Of a stretch of 63,136 nucleotides of DNA, positions 49,858 to 57,978 are shown piece after piece. Both the position numbers and the translations under genes were made by a program. This DNA comes from Kiloniellales bacterium (lineage in GTDB: Bacteria; Pseudomonadota; Alphaproteobacteria; Kiloniellales; J153): contig DASWJP010000023.1 of NCBI GenBank assembly GCA_036397065.1, forward strand, positions 1 through 63,136. Reading direction: 5' to 3'. Under the pieces are notes generated by a model, which made no database searches, had not been told where the DNA came from, and saw nothing but the letters and a program-made list of their open reading frames with translations. Numbering within the stretch: the stretch's first letter is position 1; each line of letters opens with the position of its first letter.

Positions 49858-50480
49858 CTCCGCTGGTGCTCATCCGCCACGGCCCGACCGAATGGAATGC
49901 CGAGGGCCGCATCCAGGGCCATACGGACGTGCCGCTGTCGCCCGCCGGGGTGCAAACGGTGCGCGGATGGTCCTTGCCGGCCGAGATCGTGGCCGCCGCC
50001 GAAGCCTGGGACTGGCGGGTCAGCCCCCTGGCCCGCGCCCGGCAAACCGCCGAACTGCTGGTGCCGTCGGCGGCCCGCGCCGCGCTTCAGTGCGAGCCGG
50101 CGCTGATCGAGAGCCATTGGGGCGCGTGGGAGGGGCAGCACCTGGCGGATGTCCGCCAGGCCGGCGGTGCCGAGGTGGCCGAGGCGGAGGCCCGCGGCCT
50201 CGACTTCGCGGCCCCCGGCGGCGAATCGCCGCGCCAGGCGCAGGCGCGGCTGGCACCGTTCCTGGCCGCGGTCGCGGCGGGCAGGCGGCCCACGGTCGCC
50301 ATCACCCACAAGGGCGTGATCCGCGCCATCTTCGCCTGGGCCGCCGCCTGGGACATGACCGGCAGGGCGCCGGTTCGCCTGCACTATGACTGCGCCCACG
50401 GTTTTCTGCTGCAAACCGATGGGGTCCCCATCATCGACCGCCTGAACATCCCGCTGCACCGGCCGGAGAATGCGCCATGA
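49854..50480 (+). CDS. histidine phosphatase (phosphoglycerate mutase-like) family protein
   Basis: It has the catalytic RHG motif (LIRHGPTEWN) and a downstream ITHKGVIR (His) motif. The ATG overlaps the upstream stop (ATGA). Confidence 0.85.
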   Translation: MTPLVLIRHGPTEWNAEGRIQGHTDVPLSPAGVQTVRGWSLPAEIVAAAEAWDWRVSPLARARQTAELLVPSAARAALQCEPALIESHWGAWEGQHLADVRQAGGAEVAEAEARGLDFAAPGGESPRQAQARLAPFLAAVAAGRRPTVAITHKGVIRAIFAWAAAWDMTGRAPVRLHYDCAHGFLLQTDGVPIIDRLNIPLHRPENAP

Positions 50481-51631
50481 CCGACGTGCTGTTCTATGTG
50501 CAGCACCTGCTCGGCATCGGCCATCTGCGCCGGGCGGCGTTGATCGCCAAGGCCATGGATCGGGCCGGCCTCGGCGTGGTCCTGGTCAGCGGCGGACAGC
50601 CGGTGCCGGGGCTGGACGTGGGCGGGGCGGCGCTCGTGCAACTGCCGCCGCTGCGGGCCCGCGACGATCGCTTTTCCGAGCTGGTCGACGGCGCTGGCAA
50701 ACCGGTAGGTGCGGCATGGAAAGCGGCGCGGGCCGCCCGCTTGCTTGAAATTTACGACCAGTCCCGGCCCAAGGTGCTGCTCATCGAGATGTTTCCCTTT
50801 GGCCGGCGCCTCATGCGCTTCGAGCTGCTTCCGCTATTGGAGGCGGCGCAAGCATCCCGGCCTCGGCCGCAAATTCTCTGTTCCCTGCGCGATGTGCTCG
50901 GTGCGGCGCGCTCGGCCGAGAAGGTTGAGTGGATGCTGACTACGTTCCATCGATTCTTCGATCAACTCCTGGTGCACGGCGATCCGGCGTTCCTGCCGTT
51001 GCAACACAGCTTTCCCCGGGCCGGCGAGATTGCCGCCAAGACGCGCTATACCGGCTACGTGGTCGAAGACGTGCACAAAGGCGAAGCGAAGGCGGGCTCG
51101 TCTGGCGAGGTCGTCATCTCCGCCGGCGGCGGTGCCGTGGCCGGGCCGTTGATCGCGGCGGCCCTGGCGGCACGGCCCCTGAGCCCGTTGGCATCGGTGC
51201 CCTGGCGCATCCTGGTGGGCAACAACCTGCCCGAGGACGCATTCCAGGCCGCCCGCGGCGCGGCGCCGGCCGGGGTCATGGTCGAACGGGCGCGCGCGGA
51301 TTTCACCGCCCTCTTGGCACGGGCGCGTTTGTCCATCAGCCAGGGCGGCTATAACACGATCCTTGAGGTTCTCGCCGCCAGGATACCCGCGGTCGTCGTG
51401 CCCTTTGCCGGCAGCGGCGAGACCGAGCAGAATGTGCGCGCCACGGCCCTGGGCGACCGCGGGGCGATCACCGTGCTGACGGAGGCGCAGCTGTCGCCGG
51501 CGGCCCTGGCCGCGGCGATCCAGCGGGCCCTGTCGGCCGCACCGCAACCGACGGATTTGCGCCTCGATCTGGGCGGCATGGAGAAAACAGCGCAGATCGT
51601 GGGCCAAGCTGCTGCTATAGTAACCCCATGA
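50477..51631 (+). CDS. GT-B fold glycosyltransferase (MurG/GT28-like, COG4671-type), paralogue 2
   Basis: The N-terminal VLFYVQHLLGIGHLRRA parallels the motif in 46119-47360. The C-terminal region is SQGGYNTILEVLAARIPAVVVPF. It has ATGA overlaps at both ends. Confidence 0.78.
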   Translation: MTDVLFYVQHLLGIGHLRRAALIAKAMDRAGLGVVLVSGGQPVPGLDVGGAALVQLPPLRARDDRFSELVDGAGKPVGAAWKAARAARLLEIYDQSRPKVLLIEMFPFGRRLMRFELLPLLEAAQASRPRPQILCSLRDVLGAARSAEKVEWMLTTFHRFFDQLLVHGDPAFLPLQHSFPRAGEIAAKTRYTGYVVEDVHKGEAKAGSSGEVVISAGGGAVAGPLIAAALAARPLSPLASVPWRILVGNNLPEDAFQAARGAAPAGVMVERARADFTALLARARLSISQGGYNTILEVLAARIPAVVVPFAGSGETEQNVRATALGDRGAITVLTEAQLSPAALAAAIQRALSAAPQPTDLRLDLGGMEKTAQIVGQAAAIVTP

Positions 51632-52461
51632 CCGATTGGCCGGATCTGACCCAGGAACTGGATGCGTGGGCCGCCGACGGCACCGCCGTGACCCTGTGGT
51701 GGCGCGACGACGATGCGGTGGAGCCGACGCCGGCGCTCGAACACCTGCTCGAGCTGACGGTGCGCCATGGGGTGCCCTTGGCCTTGGCGGTCATTCCCGG
51801 ACGCGCGTCCCTGGCCTTGGCGGCCCGCATCGCCGCCACCAGCGACACGATCGTGCCGGTGCAACATGGCTTTGCCCACCGCAACCACGCCCAGCCGCCG
51901 GCCCGCAAGGCCGAGCTGGGCGCGGACCGGCCGGCCACCGTGGTATGCGAGGAACTGGCGCGTGGCCAGGCGCGCATGGCGGCCTTGTTCGGCGCCCGGG
52001 CCATGCCCTTTCTGGTGGCGCCATGGAACCGGATCGACGGCGGCGTGATTGCGGCCTTGCCCGGCCTGGGATACCGGGCGCTCTCGACCTATGACGCGCG
52101 GCCCGCCACGCATGCGGCGCCCGGCTTGGCGCAGGTGAATTGCCATCTCGATATCATGCGCTGGACGGCGTCACGGGGATTTGCCGGCGATGCCGTTGCC
52201 CTGAAGCGTTTGCTGCATCATCTGCGCGCACGGCGCAGCGGCGCCGTGGACGCGACCGAGCCCACGGGACTTCTCACCCACCACGCCGCGCACGATGCCG
52301 AAAGCTGGATCTTCCTGGACCGGCTGCTCATGGTCCTGCGCGCCCATCCGGCGGTGCGATTCGTCTCCATCGTGGAGGCGGTGCAGGCCGCGTTGTCCAG
52401 TCAAGAAGAGCGCCCCGCTGTGCAAAATACCGCCCTGAAGTCTGCCGCGGGGGCGGCGTGA
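51628..52461 (+). CDS. polysaccharide deacetylase (CE4/NodB-like) family protein
   Basis: LWWRDDD (the TFDD-like Asp pair) and HGFAHRNH (a His pair) are plausible CE4 metal/catalytic motifs. The assignment is by eye. Confidence 0.65.
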   Translation: MTDWPDLTQELDAWAADGTAVTLWWRDDDAVEPTPALEHLLELTVRHGVPLALAVIPGRASLALAARIAATSDTIVPVQHGFAHRNHAQPPARKAELGADRPATVVCEELARGQARMAALFGARAMPFLVAPWNRIDGGVIAALPGLGYRALSTYDARPATHAAPGLAQVNCHLDIMRWTASRGFAGDAVALKRLLHHLRARRSGAVDATEPTGLLTHHAAHDAESWIFLDRLLMVLRAHPAVRFVSIVEAVQAALSSQEERPAVQNTALKSAAGAA

Positions 52462-52961
52462 CGGTTCATCGCTATCCGCCCCAGGCGTTGTTGGGAGATT
52501 ACGCACGCAGCGCCGCGGGACTAAGTGTCGGTCTTGGGGTGCTGGTCTCGGTGCCGACCTCGCCGGTCATCGTGGCGATCTTCGGCGGATTGACGGCCCT
52601 GTTTCTTGTTTTCGCCCTGCGCACGGTGCAACGCCATGTGGTGCAGGTGGCGGTGACCGAGGACGGCATCGCCGCCGCCGGCCTGGTGACCCGCGCCCTC
52701 CGCTGGGAGGCGCTGGAGCGCCTGACCCTGCGCTATTACGGAACCCGGCGCCAGCGCAAGGAAGGCGGCAGCGGCTTCATGCAATTGAGCCTGCGCGGCG
52801 GCGGGATCTCCCTGCGCCTGGAATCCTCGATCGACGGCTTCGACCAGATCATCCGCCAGGCCGCGCAGGCGGCCCGGCGCAAGGGTCTGGCGCTCGACCC
52901 GGCCTCGGCGGGCAACCTGCTCGGGCTGGGGATCGATGTGGATGCGTCGGCCGAAGGCTGA
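52458..52961 (+). CDS. hypothetical membrane protein (two TM helices plus a small soluble, possibly bacterial PH-like, domain)
   Basis: The GTG overlaps the upstream stop (GTGA). It has the hydrophobic hairpin GLSVGLGVLVSVPTSPVIVAIFGGLTALFLVFAL, followed by ...RALRWEALERLTLRYYG....GFMQLSLRGGG.SLRLES. Confidence 0.5.
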   Translation: MTVHRYPPQALLGDYARSAAGLSVGLGVLVSVPTSPVIVAIFGGLTALFLVFALRTVQRHVVQVAVTEDGIAAAGLVTRALRWEALERLTLRYYGTRRQRKEGGSGFMQLSLRGGGISLRLESSIDGFDQIIRQAAQAARRKGLALDPASAGNLLGLGIDVDASAEG

Positions 52962-53108
52962 CCGATCGCCACCCGTGGCTGCATCCGGGGCCGCGCCCGG
53001 CTTCTAACCTGAGGCCGATTCGTCTCTTTTTGTCCGTCCGTGTCCGTTAACAACGCTTTAAACCTTTTCGGGCAGGCTTGGATCGGCATGCTGTAACAAG
53101 GCCGAGAT

Positions 53109-53330
53109 ATGACCAAAGACCGGCTATTAACGCCGCCGCAAGTGGCCACGCGCCTGCAGGTCAACGAGCGAACCGTGACCCAATGGCTGCGCAAGGGACA
53201 TTTGCGCGGATTCAAGATCGGCAAGGAGTGGCGCGTCTCCGCGGTCGACCTGGAGTCGTTCCTGGACGCCAGCGCCAATGTGCCGCCCAGCCCGGACCGG
53301 CCGACCCACGAGAGCTTCGAGGACGACTGA
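53109..53330 (+). CDS. excisionase-family (HTH_17/MerR-like) DNA-binding protein, 73 aa
   Basis: LLTPPQVATRLQVNERTVTQWLRKGHLRGFKIGKEWRVSAVDLESFL is the classic excisionase-type HTH pattern. Confidence 0.75.
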   Translation: MTKDRLLTPPQVATRLQVNERTVTQWLRKGHLRGFKIGKEWRVSAVDLESFLDASANVPPSPDRPTHESFEDD

Positions 53331-53368
53331 CCCGGGGCCAGGGTGAGATCGCTCAAGGCGATCCGTTT

Positions 53369-54733
53369 CTACGGCACCAGCACCACCACATCGACGGGAT
53401 GACCGACGCCGGCCACCGCCGAGGCCGCGATCCGGCGCGGTGGGCCGGCGGGGGCGGGGGCGTAGCCTTGCGCCAGGGCCCGCGCGTAGGTTTCGGCATC
53501 GCAGATCGCATGGGTTCCCAACGGCTTGTTGTGCTGCTCCAACTTGGCGGAGCGATTCACCGCATCGCCGATGACCGTATATTCCAGGCGCGTCTCGTCG
53601 CCGACGGCCCCGAAAAGGACCCGGCCGGTGGCCACCGCCGCATTCACCTCCGGGCAATCTTCGCCGCGTCCGCGCAATTCGTCGCGCCAGTCTTGGGCGT
53701 TGCGGATGGCCTCATCGACGGCGCGCAGCGCATCGGCCGCATAGGTCGTCGACGGCAGGGCCGCGCCGAAGGTCGCCATGATCCCGTCGCCGAGAAATTT
53801 GTCGATGCTGCCGCCGTGCGCCTGAACGACCGGCACGATGTGATGCTGGTAGTCGGCCAGCAATTTCATCACCCGGTCCGGGCTGGCGGTCTCGGCCAAC
53901 CGGGTAAAGCCGCGCATGTCGAAGTTGACCACGGCGGCCTCGCGAATCTCGCCGCTGCCGGCGGCGATCGCTTGATCGGAGCCGCGGATCTTTCGCGCGA
54001 TCTCGGGGGCGAAGAAGCGCGACAGCTCGCGCGCGGCGGCGGCCTCGGCGACCGAGCGGACCAGAAGCGCGCGGCCGCGAATCAAGGCCGCGCCGAGAAT
54101 CAGGGAGACCACGAGGATGGAGACGATCTTGTCGAACTCGGCGCCCAGCAGAATGCTGTTCGAGGTCATGTATTCCACATAGTTGCGGGTGATCATGTTG
54201 TCGTTCGGATCGACCGAGATCACGTAGAACACCATGGCCAGCCAGCCCACCGCCGCCGCCACGCCGGCGGCGAGCACGAAGCGCGCCTCGAAGCGCAGCG
54301 CCCGCAAAGCGATGAAGATGAAGACATAGAGCAAGGTCGGCGCCTTCAGATAGAACGACGCCGGCTGCATGTATTGAATGTGGAAGCTCCAGATGAGGCC
54401 GAACAGCAGGGCCATGTCGATGACAATGGAGACCAGCAGGAACCAGCCGGGCAGACTGATGCGATAGGCCAGCATCAGACGAATCAGGGTGAACACCATA
54501 TAGGCGCCGATGGCCCAGGGCACCGGCCGGAACGCTTGCTCCACCGGGAATGTTTTCGGCGAGATCGCATAGAGGGCGGCGAAGGTCACGACGACGGCCA
54601 ATTGCACCCAGCCGATCAGGCGCTCGGTCGCATCGCCCTGTTCCTGGATCGTATGGCGCACCCGCTCCGGCAGCCCAGTCTCCGGGCCACGGCGTAACCT
54701 GCCGATCTTCATGCGCCGCAACACGGTTGCCAT
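53369..54733 (-). CDS. membrane-bound class III adenylate/guanylate cyclase (6 TM + cyclase homology domain)
   Basis: Six N-terminal hydrophobic helices are followed by a CHD with the metal Asp contexts VVNFDMRGFT and KFLGDGIMATFG, and the downstream YTVIGDAVNRSAKLE. Confidence 0.9.
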   Translation of the reverse strand: MATVLRRMKIGRLRRGPETGLPERVRHTIQEQGDATERLIGWVQLAVVVTFAALYAISPKTFPVEQAFRPVPWAIGAYMVFTLIRLMLAYRISLPGWFLLVSIVIDMALLFGLIWSFHIQYMQPASFYLKAPTLLYVFIFIALRALRFEARFVLAAGVAAAVGWLAMVFYVISVDPNDNMITRNYVEYMTSNSILLGAEFDKIVSILVVSLILGAALIRGRALLVRSVAEAAAARELSRFFAPEIARKIRGSDQAIAAGSGEIREAAVVNFDMRGFTRLAETASPDRVMKLLADYQHHIVPVVQAHGGSIDKFLGDGIMATFGAALPSTTYAADALRAVDEAIRNAQDWRDELRGRGEDCPEVNAAVATGRVLFGAVGDETRLEYTVIGDAVNRSAKLEQHNKPLGTHAICDAETYARALAQGYAPAPAGPPRRIAASAVAGVGHPVDVVVLVP

Positions 54734-54814
54734 TTTATCTCTCCTGGCGCGATCAGGTGACGAGCTTAGCCCAACTCATGGCGCGCGTCGCGTCAGCTTG
54801 CCGTGAGCGCCGCG

Positions 54815-55699
54815 TTACCGGACCCTCAGCCACAGGCTGGACTCGAAGGTCTCCGGCAAAAGCGGCACGCCCGCTATGGGCGTGCCGGCCACCGCCGCGG
54901 CCATGCGCGTTGCGACATAGCGGCTGGCGAAAATCACCTCCCAGCCGGCATCGAGGATCAGGGGCAGGACGCCGAGCTGTTCGTTATACCCGCACCACGC
55001 CCATTCCACCGGATAGTCGTCGGGCAGGAAGATATCGTGGAAATGCACGAATACGCCGGCCGGCAATTCCGGCAGAACGCGGGAGAGCAGAAAATCCACA
55101 TCGCTGCCCGGCATCAGGACATGACTGGAATCGATCATCAGGATATCGCCGGCTTGCAAGTCCGCCACATCCTCGGGCGCCAGGTCCTGCACCTGATGCC
55201 GGCGATGGTCGACCGCGATGGCGGAAAGATCGGCGCGCGGCGCCGGATCGATGGCCGTGATGCGGCACGTCAAGCCGCCGTCGGCCACCGCGCGGGCGAC
55301 AAAGCGCGTGGAATGGCCCGAGCCGATTTCGACAATGCGCCGGGGCGCCATGCGCCGCACCAGCGCATAGGCCACCGCCGCATCCAGACGTGGGAACCAG
55401 TCCTGCGCCCACCGCGGCGACCGGTCGTCGGAGCCCGCCGGGTGCACGGCAATGCGCGCAAGATCCGGTGCGATGGCATCGAGCCAGCCGAGCACCGCGC
55501 TGAAGTGCGACTCCTGCCCGGCCAGAACCGACTCGATGGCCGCATACGGTTGGCGGCGGACCGCCGGTGCGGCGACCGCATGGCGTTGGGGAATGAAATA
55601 ACCCCGCCGCGCCAACCCGGAGACGGTCAGGAGACCGAACCACAGGCGCCGGCGAAAGCCCCGGCCGGCGCTGACCGGCCACGAAACCGATGGGATCAT
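54815..55699 (-). CDS. class I SAM-dependent methyltransferase (Methyltransf_24-like)
   Basis: Motif I is RIVEIGSGHSTRF. There is an acidic ITAIDP and a later ILMIDSSH. The ATG overlaps the upstream MBL gene stop (ATGA). Confidence 0.68.
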   Translation of the reverse strand: MIPSVSWPVSAGRGFRRRLWFGLLTVSGLARRGYFIPQRHAVAAPAVRRQPYAAIESVLAGQESHFSAVLGWLDAIAPDLARIAVHPAGSDDRSPRWAQDWFPRLDAAVAYALVRRMAPRRIVEIGSGHSTRFVARAVADGGLTCRITAIDPAPRADLSAIAVDHRRHQVQDLAPEDVADLQAGDILMIDSSHVLMPGSDVDFLLSRVLPELPAGVFVHFHDIFLPDDYPVEWAWCGYNEQLGVLPLILDAGWEVIFASRYVATRMAAAVAGTPIAGVPLLPETFESSLWLRVR

Positions 55700-56577
55700 G
55701 GCCGCAACACCATCCCCTCGCGCGCCACCACCGTGCCCGGCCGCGCCTGTTCGGCATCCGCGGCCACCTGGTCCATGAACGAATCGTCATGCTTGGGGTC
55801 GTGATGAAAGATCACCAGCCGCTCGACATCCGCCTGGTCGCACAGGCGCACCCCCTCCTGCCACGTCGAATGCCCCCATGTCTTGTACTTGGGAAATTCG
55901 TCGTCGGTGTATGTGGCATCGTAGATCACGATGTCGGCCCCATGAATGAGATCGAGAACATCCTGATCCTGCGCGCCCTCCACGTGTTCCGTATCGGTGA
56001 CGTAGCAAATCGCCCGGCCGTTGTATTCGACCCGGTATCCGGTGGCCCCGTTGGGATGATTGAGCGCCGCCGTGCGCAGGCGTATGCCCGGCCGTGGCTC
56101 CAGGGTCTCGCCGGAGGTGAAATCGTGGAACGAGATGTTGCCGGAAAAGACTTGCGGCGGCACCGGAAACAACGGCGCCGCCATGAACTTGGACAGCGCA
56201 TCGAGCAAGGTCAGATTCGGCTGCAAATGCCCGGCCCACAGGCGGAAGCGGGCATTGGGATTGAACAGCGGCGCGAAAAAGGGCAGCCCGACGATGTGAT
56301 CGAGATGGGTATGGGTCAGGAACAGATCGCCGCTGGTGATTCCGTCCGCCACCAGCTGTTGCCCCAGGGGGCGCAACCCGGTGCCGGCATCGAACACCAG
56401 CACATGCTCGCCACAGCGAATCTCAAGGCAGGAGGTATTGCCGCCGTATTTGCGATGCTGATCCCCGGGACAGGCGATGGAGCCGCGGACACCCCAGAAT
56501 CGAACGCTGAACTCTCCCGGTTTGGGCAAAGACCATCCCCTGCACTGCCGATCCTCGTGGCGGACATGGACCGACAC
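55696..56577 (-). CDS. MBL-fold metallo-hydrolase (Lactamase_B_2-like); start uncertain (GTG 56577 or TTG 56529)
   Basis: It has RFWGVRGS..., THTHLDHIVGLPFF (HxHxDH), a later HPNGATGYR and a C-terminal FHHDP. Confidence 0.85.
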   Translation of the reverse strand: MSVHVRHEDRQCRGWSLPKPGEFSVRFWGVRGSIACPGDQHRKYGGNTSCLEIRCGEHVLVFDAGTGLRPLGQQLVADGITSGDLFLTHTHLDHIVGLPFFAPLFNPNARFRLWAGHLQPNLTLLDALSKFMAAPLFPVPPQVFSGNISFHDFTSGETLEPRPGIRLRTAALNHPNGATGYRVEYNGRAICYVTDTEHVEGAQDQDVLDLIHGADIVIYDATYTDDEFPKYKTWGHSTWQEGVRLCDQADVERLVIFHHDPKHDDSFMDQVAADAEQARPGTVVAREGMVLRP

Positions 56578-56775
56578 GACTGTCTAGCATAGCCGTGTTC
56601 CTGGCCGGACGAAAACCTTCCTGGCGGTGCCGGCCGGGCGCCGCTATGAATTCCAGTTGCCGCACCATCGGGGCTGCGCCAGACTGCGTCCAGTGTCGCT
56701 GAGTCGCGGTCCCGAGGCGGCGCGCACGCCCTGGTTTTCACCCCTTGTTTTGATTGACGCGATGTCGCGAGGCCC

Positions 56776-57978
56776 ATGATCGCACACCGCAGCACTTGGA
56801 CGGGCATCGCCTTTGGCCTGAGTTTGGCCTACTTCGCCGCCTATCAGCAGTTCAAGCTGCCGCCCGCCCTGCCCATACTGTTGCAGACCTACGGCTATGA
56901 CCGGGCACTGGCCGGGGGCTTCATGTCCATCTACGCGGCGGCCGGATTGATCTTGTCGATCCCGTTGGCGCGGCTGCTCGAGCGTCTCGGCATCCTGGCG
57001 CCGGTGATCGCCGCCCTGGGGTGCATGGTCGCCGGCTGTGCCATCGGCCTGCTGGCGCCGGAAAACGGCTGGCTGATGCTGGCCGGGCGCGGTCTGGAGG
57101 GTATCGGATTTGCGGTTCTGGCGATCGCCGGCCCGGTGCTGGCCAACGCCAATGCCACGGTGCGCCTGCTGCCCCTGGTCGCCGGCTTGAACGCCAGTTG
57201 GGTTCCCATCGGCCAGCTCGGCGCCACCGCGGCCGCGCCCATTGCCTTTGCCGGCCCCGGCTGGCCGCTCTTGTGGTGGCTGGGGATCGCCGGGGCGCTG
57301 GCCTTGGCGGTGTGGGCGGGCGTGCTCCATCGCGGGCGGCGGATCGACTTCGCCCCGTCACGCTCCGCCGGGGGTGAAAAACCGCCCGCCCTGCGGCACA
57401 CCAGCCTGGTTCTGGCCGCCGGCGCCTTCATGATCTTTTCCGGCCAGTACTACGCCTACATGACCTGGCTGCCGCAATACCTGGTCGAGGTTCACGGCCT
57501 GTCGCCGTCGATGGCCGTGCTCGGCTACACGGTGCCGCCGGCTGCCCTGATCGCCACCACCCTGGTGTTGGCGGCAGTCCTGCGCGCCGGCGTGCCGTTG
57601 GGGCCGCTCTTGGTCGCCGGCATGGCGACCCAGACCGCGGTGTGGTGGCTGATTCCCGTGACCGGTGGCGGGCTCGGCGGGGTTATATCGCTGATCGTTT
57701 ACGGCATCGGCGCCGGGTTCGTGCCGACCTGTCTGTTCGCGGTGCCGAGCGTTCTGGCCGGCAGCGGCCGGCCGCCTCCCTCCGCCTTCGGCATTCTCAT
57801 GACGGGACGCAACCTGGGAGTCCTGGTCGGCCCGGTCCTGCTGGCGCTGGCCTTCAAGAGCAGCGGCGGCTGGGATGTGGCGAGCCCGATCTTCGGTGCC
57901 CTGTCGACCTTTGGACTGGTCTTGTGCGTTTGGCTGGCCTTCGTCTTGGGCGGGGCGCGTTACGGGATGAGCCGGTAG
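56776..57978 (+). CDS. MFS transporter
   Basis: The 400-aa protein has about 12 hydrophobic segments and a loop 2-3-like motif (LARLLERLG). Confidence 0.8.
   Translation: MIAHRSTWTGIAFGLSLAYFAAYQQFKLPPALPILLQTYGYDRALAGGFMSIYAAAGLILSIPLARLLERLGILAPVIAALGCMVAGCAIGLLAPENGWLMLAGRGLEGIGFAVLAIAGPVLANANATVRLLPLVAGLNASWVPIGQLGATAAAPIAFAGPGWPLLWWLGIAGALALAVWAGVLHRGRRIDFAPSRSAGGEKPPALRHTSLVLAAGAFMIFSGQYYAYMTWLPQYLVEVHGLSPSMAVLGYTVPPAALIATTLVLAAVLRAGVPLGPLLVAGMATQTAVWWLIPVTGGGLGGVISLIVYGIGAGFVPTCLFAVPSVLAGSGRPPPSAFGILMTGRNLGVLVGPVLLALAFKSSGGWDVASPIFGALSTFGLVLCVWLAFVLGGARYGMSR

Noticed and set aside
53369-54733. The cyclase as part of a CBASS/Pycsar-like anti-phage signalling system
   Set aside because: It is a classical 6TM class III cyclase-homology-domain protein, not a CD-NTase or Pycsar-type cyclase. 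No effector with a TIR, patatin, nuclease or TM-pore domain is adjacent, and the genomic context is metabolic and envelope-related.
57960-57978. The 19-nt convergent overlap between the MFS transporter and the CenR-like regulator 3' ends, as a regulatory antisense feature
   Set aside because: Short convergent 3' overlaps are common in compact high-GC genomes. No hairpin or other signal is visible there.
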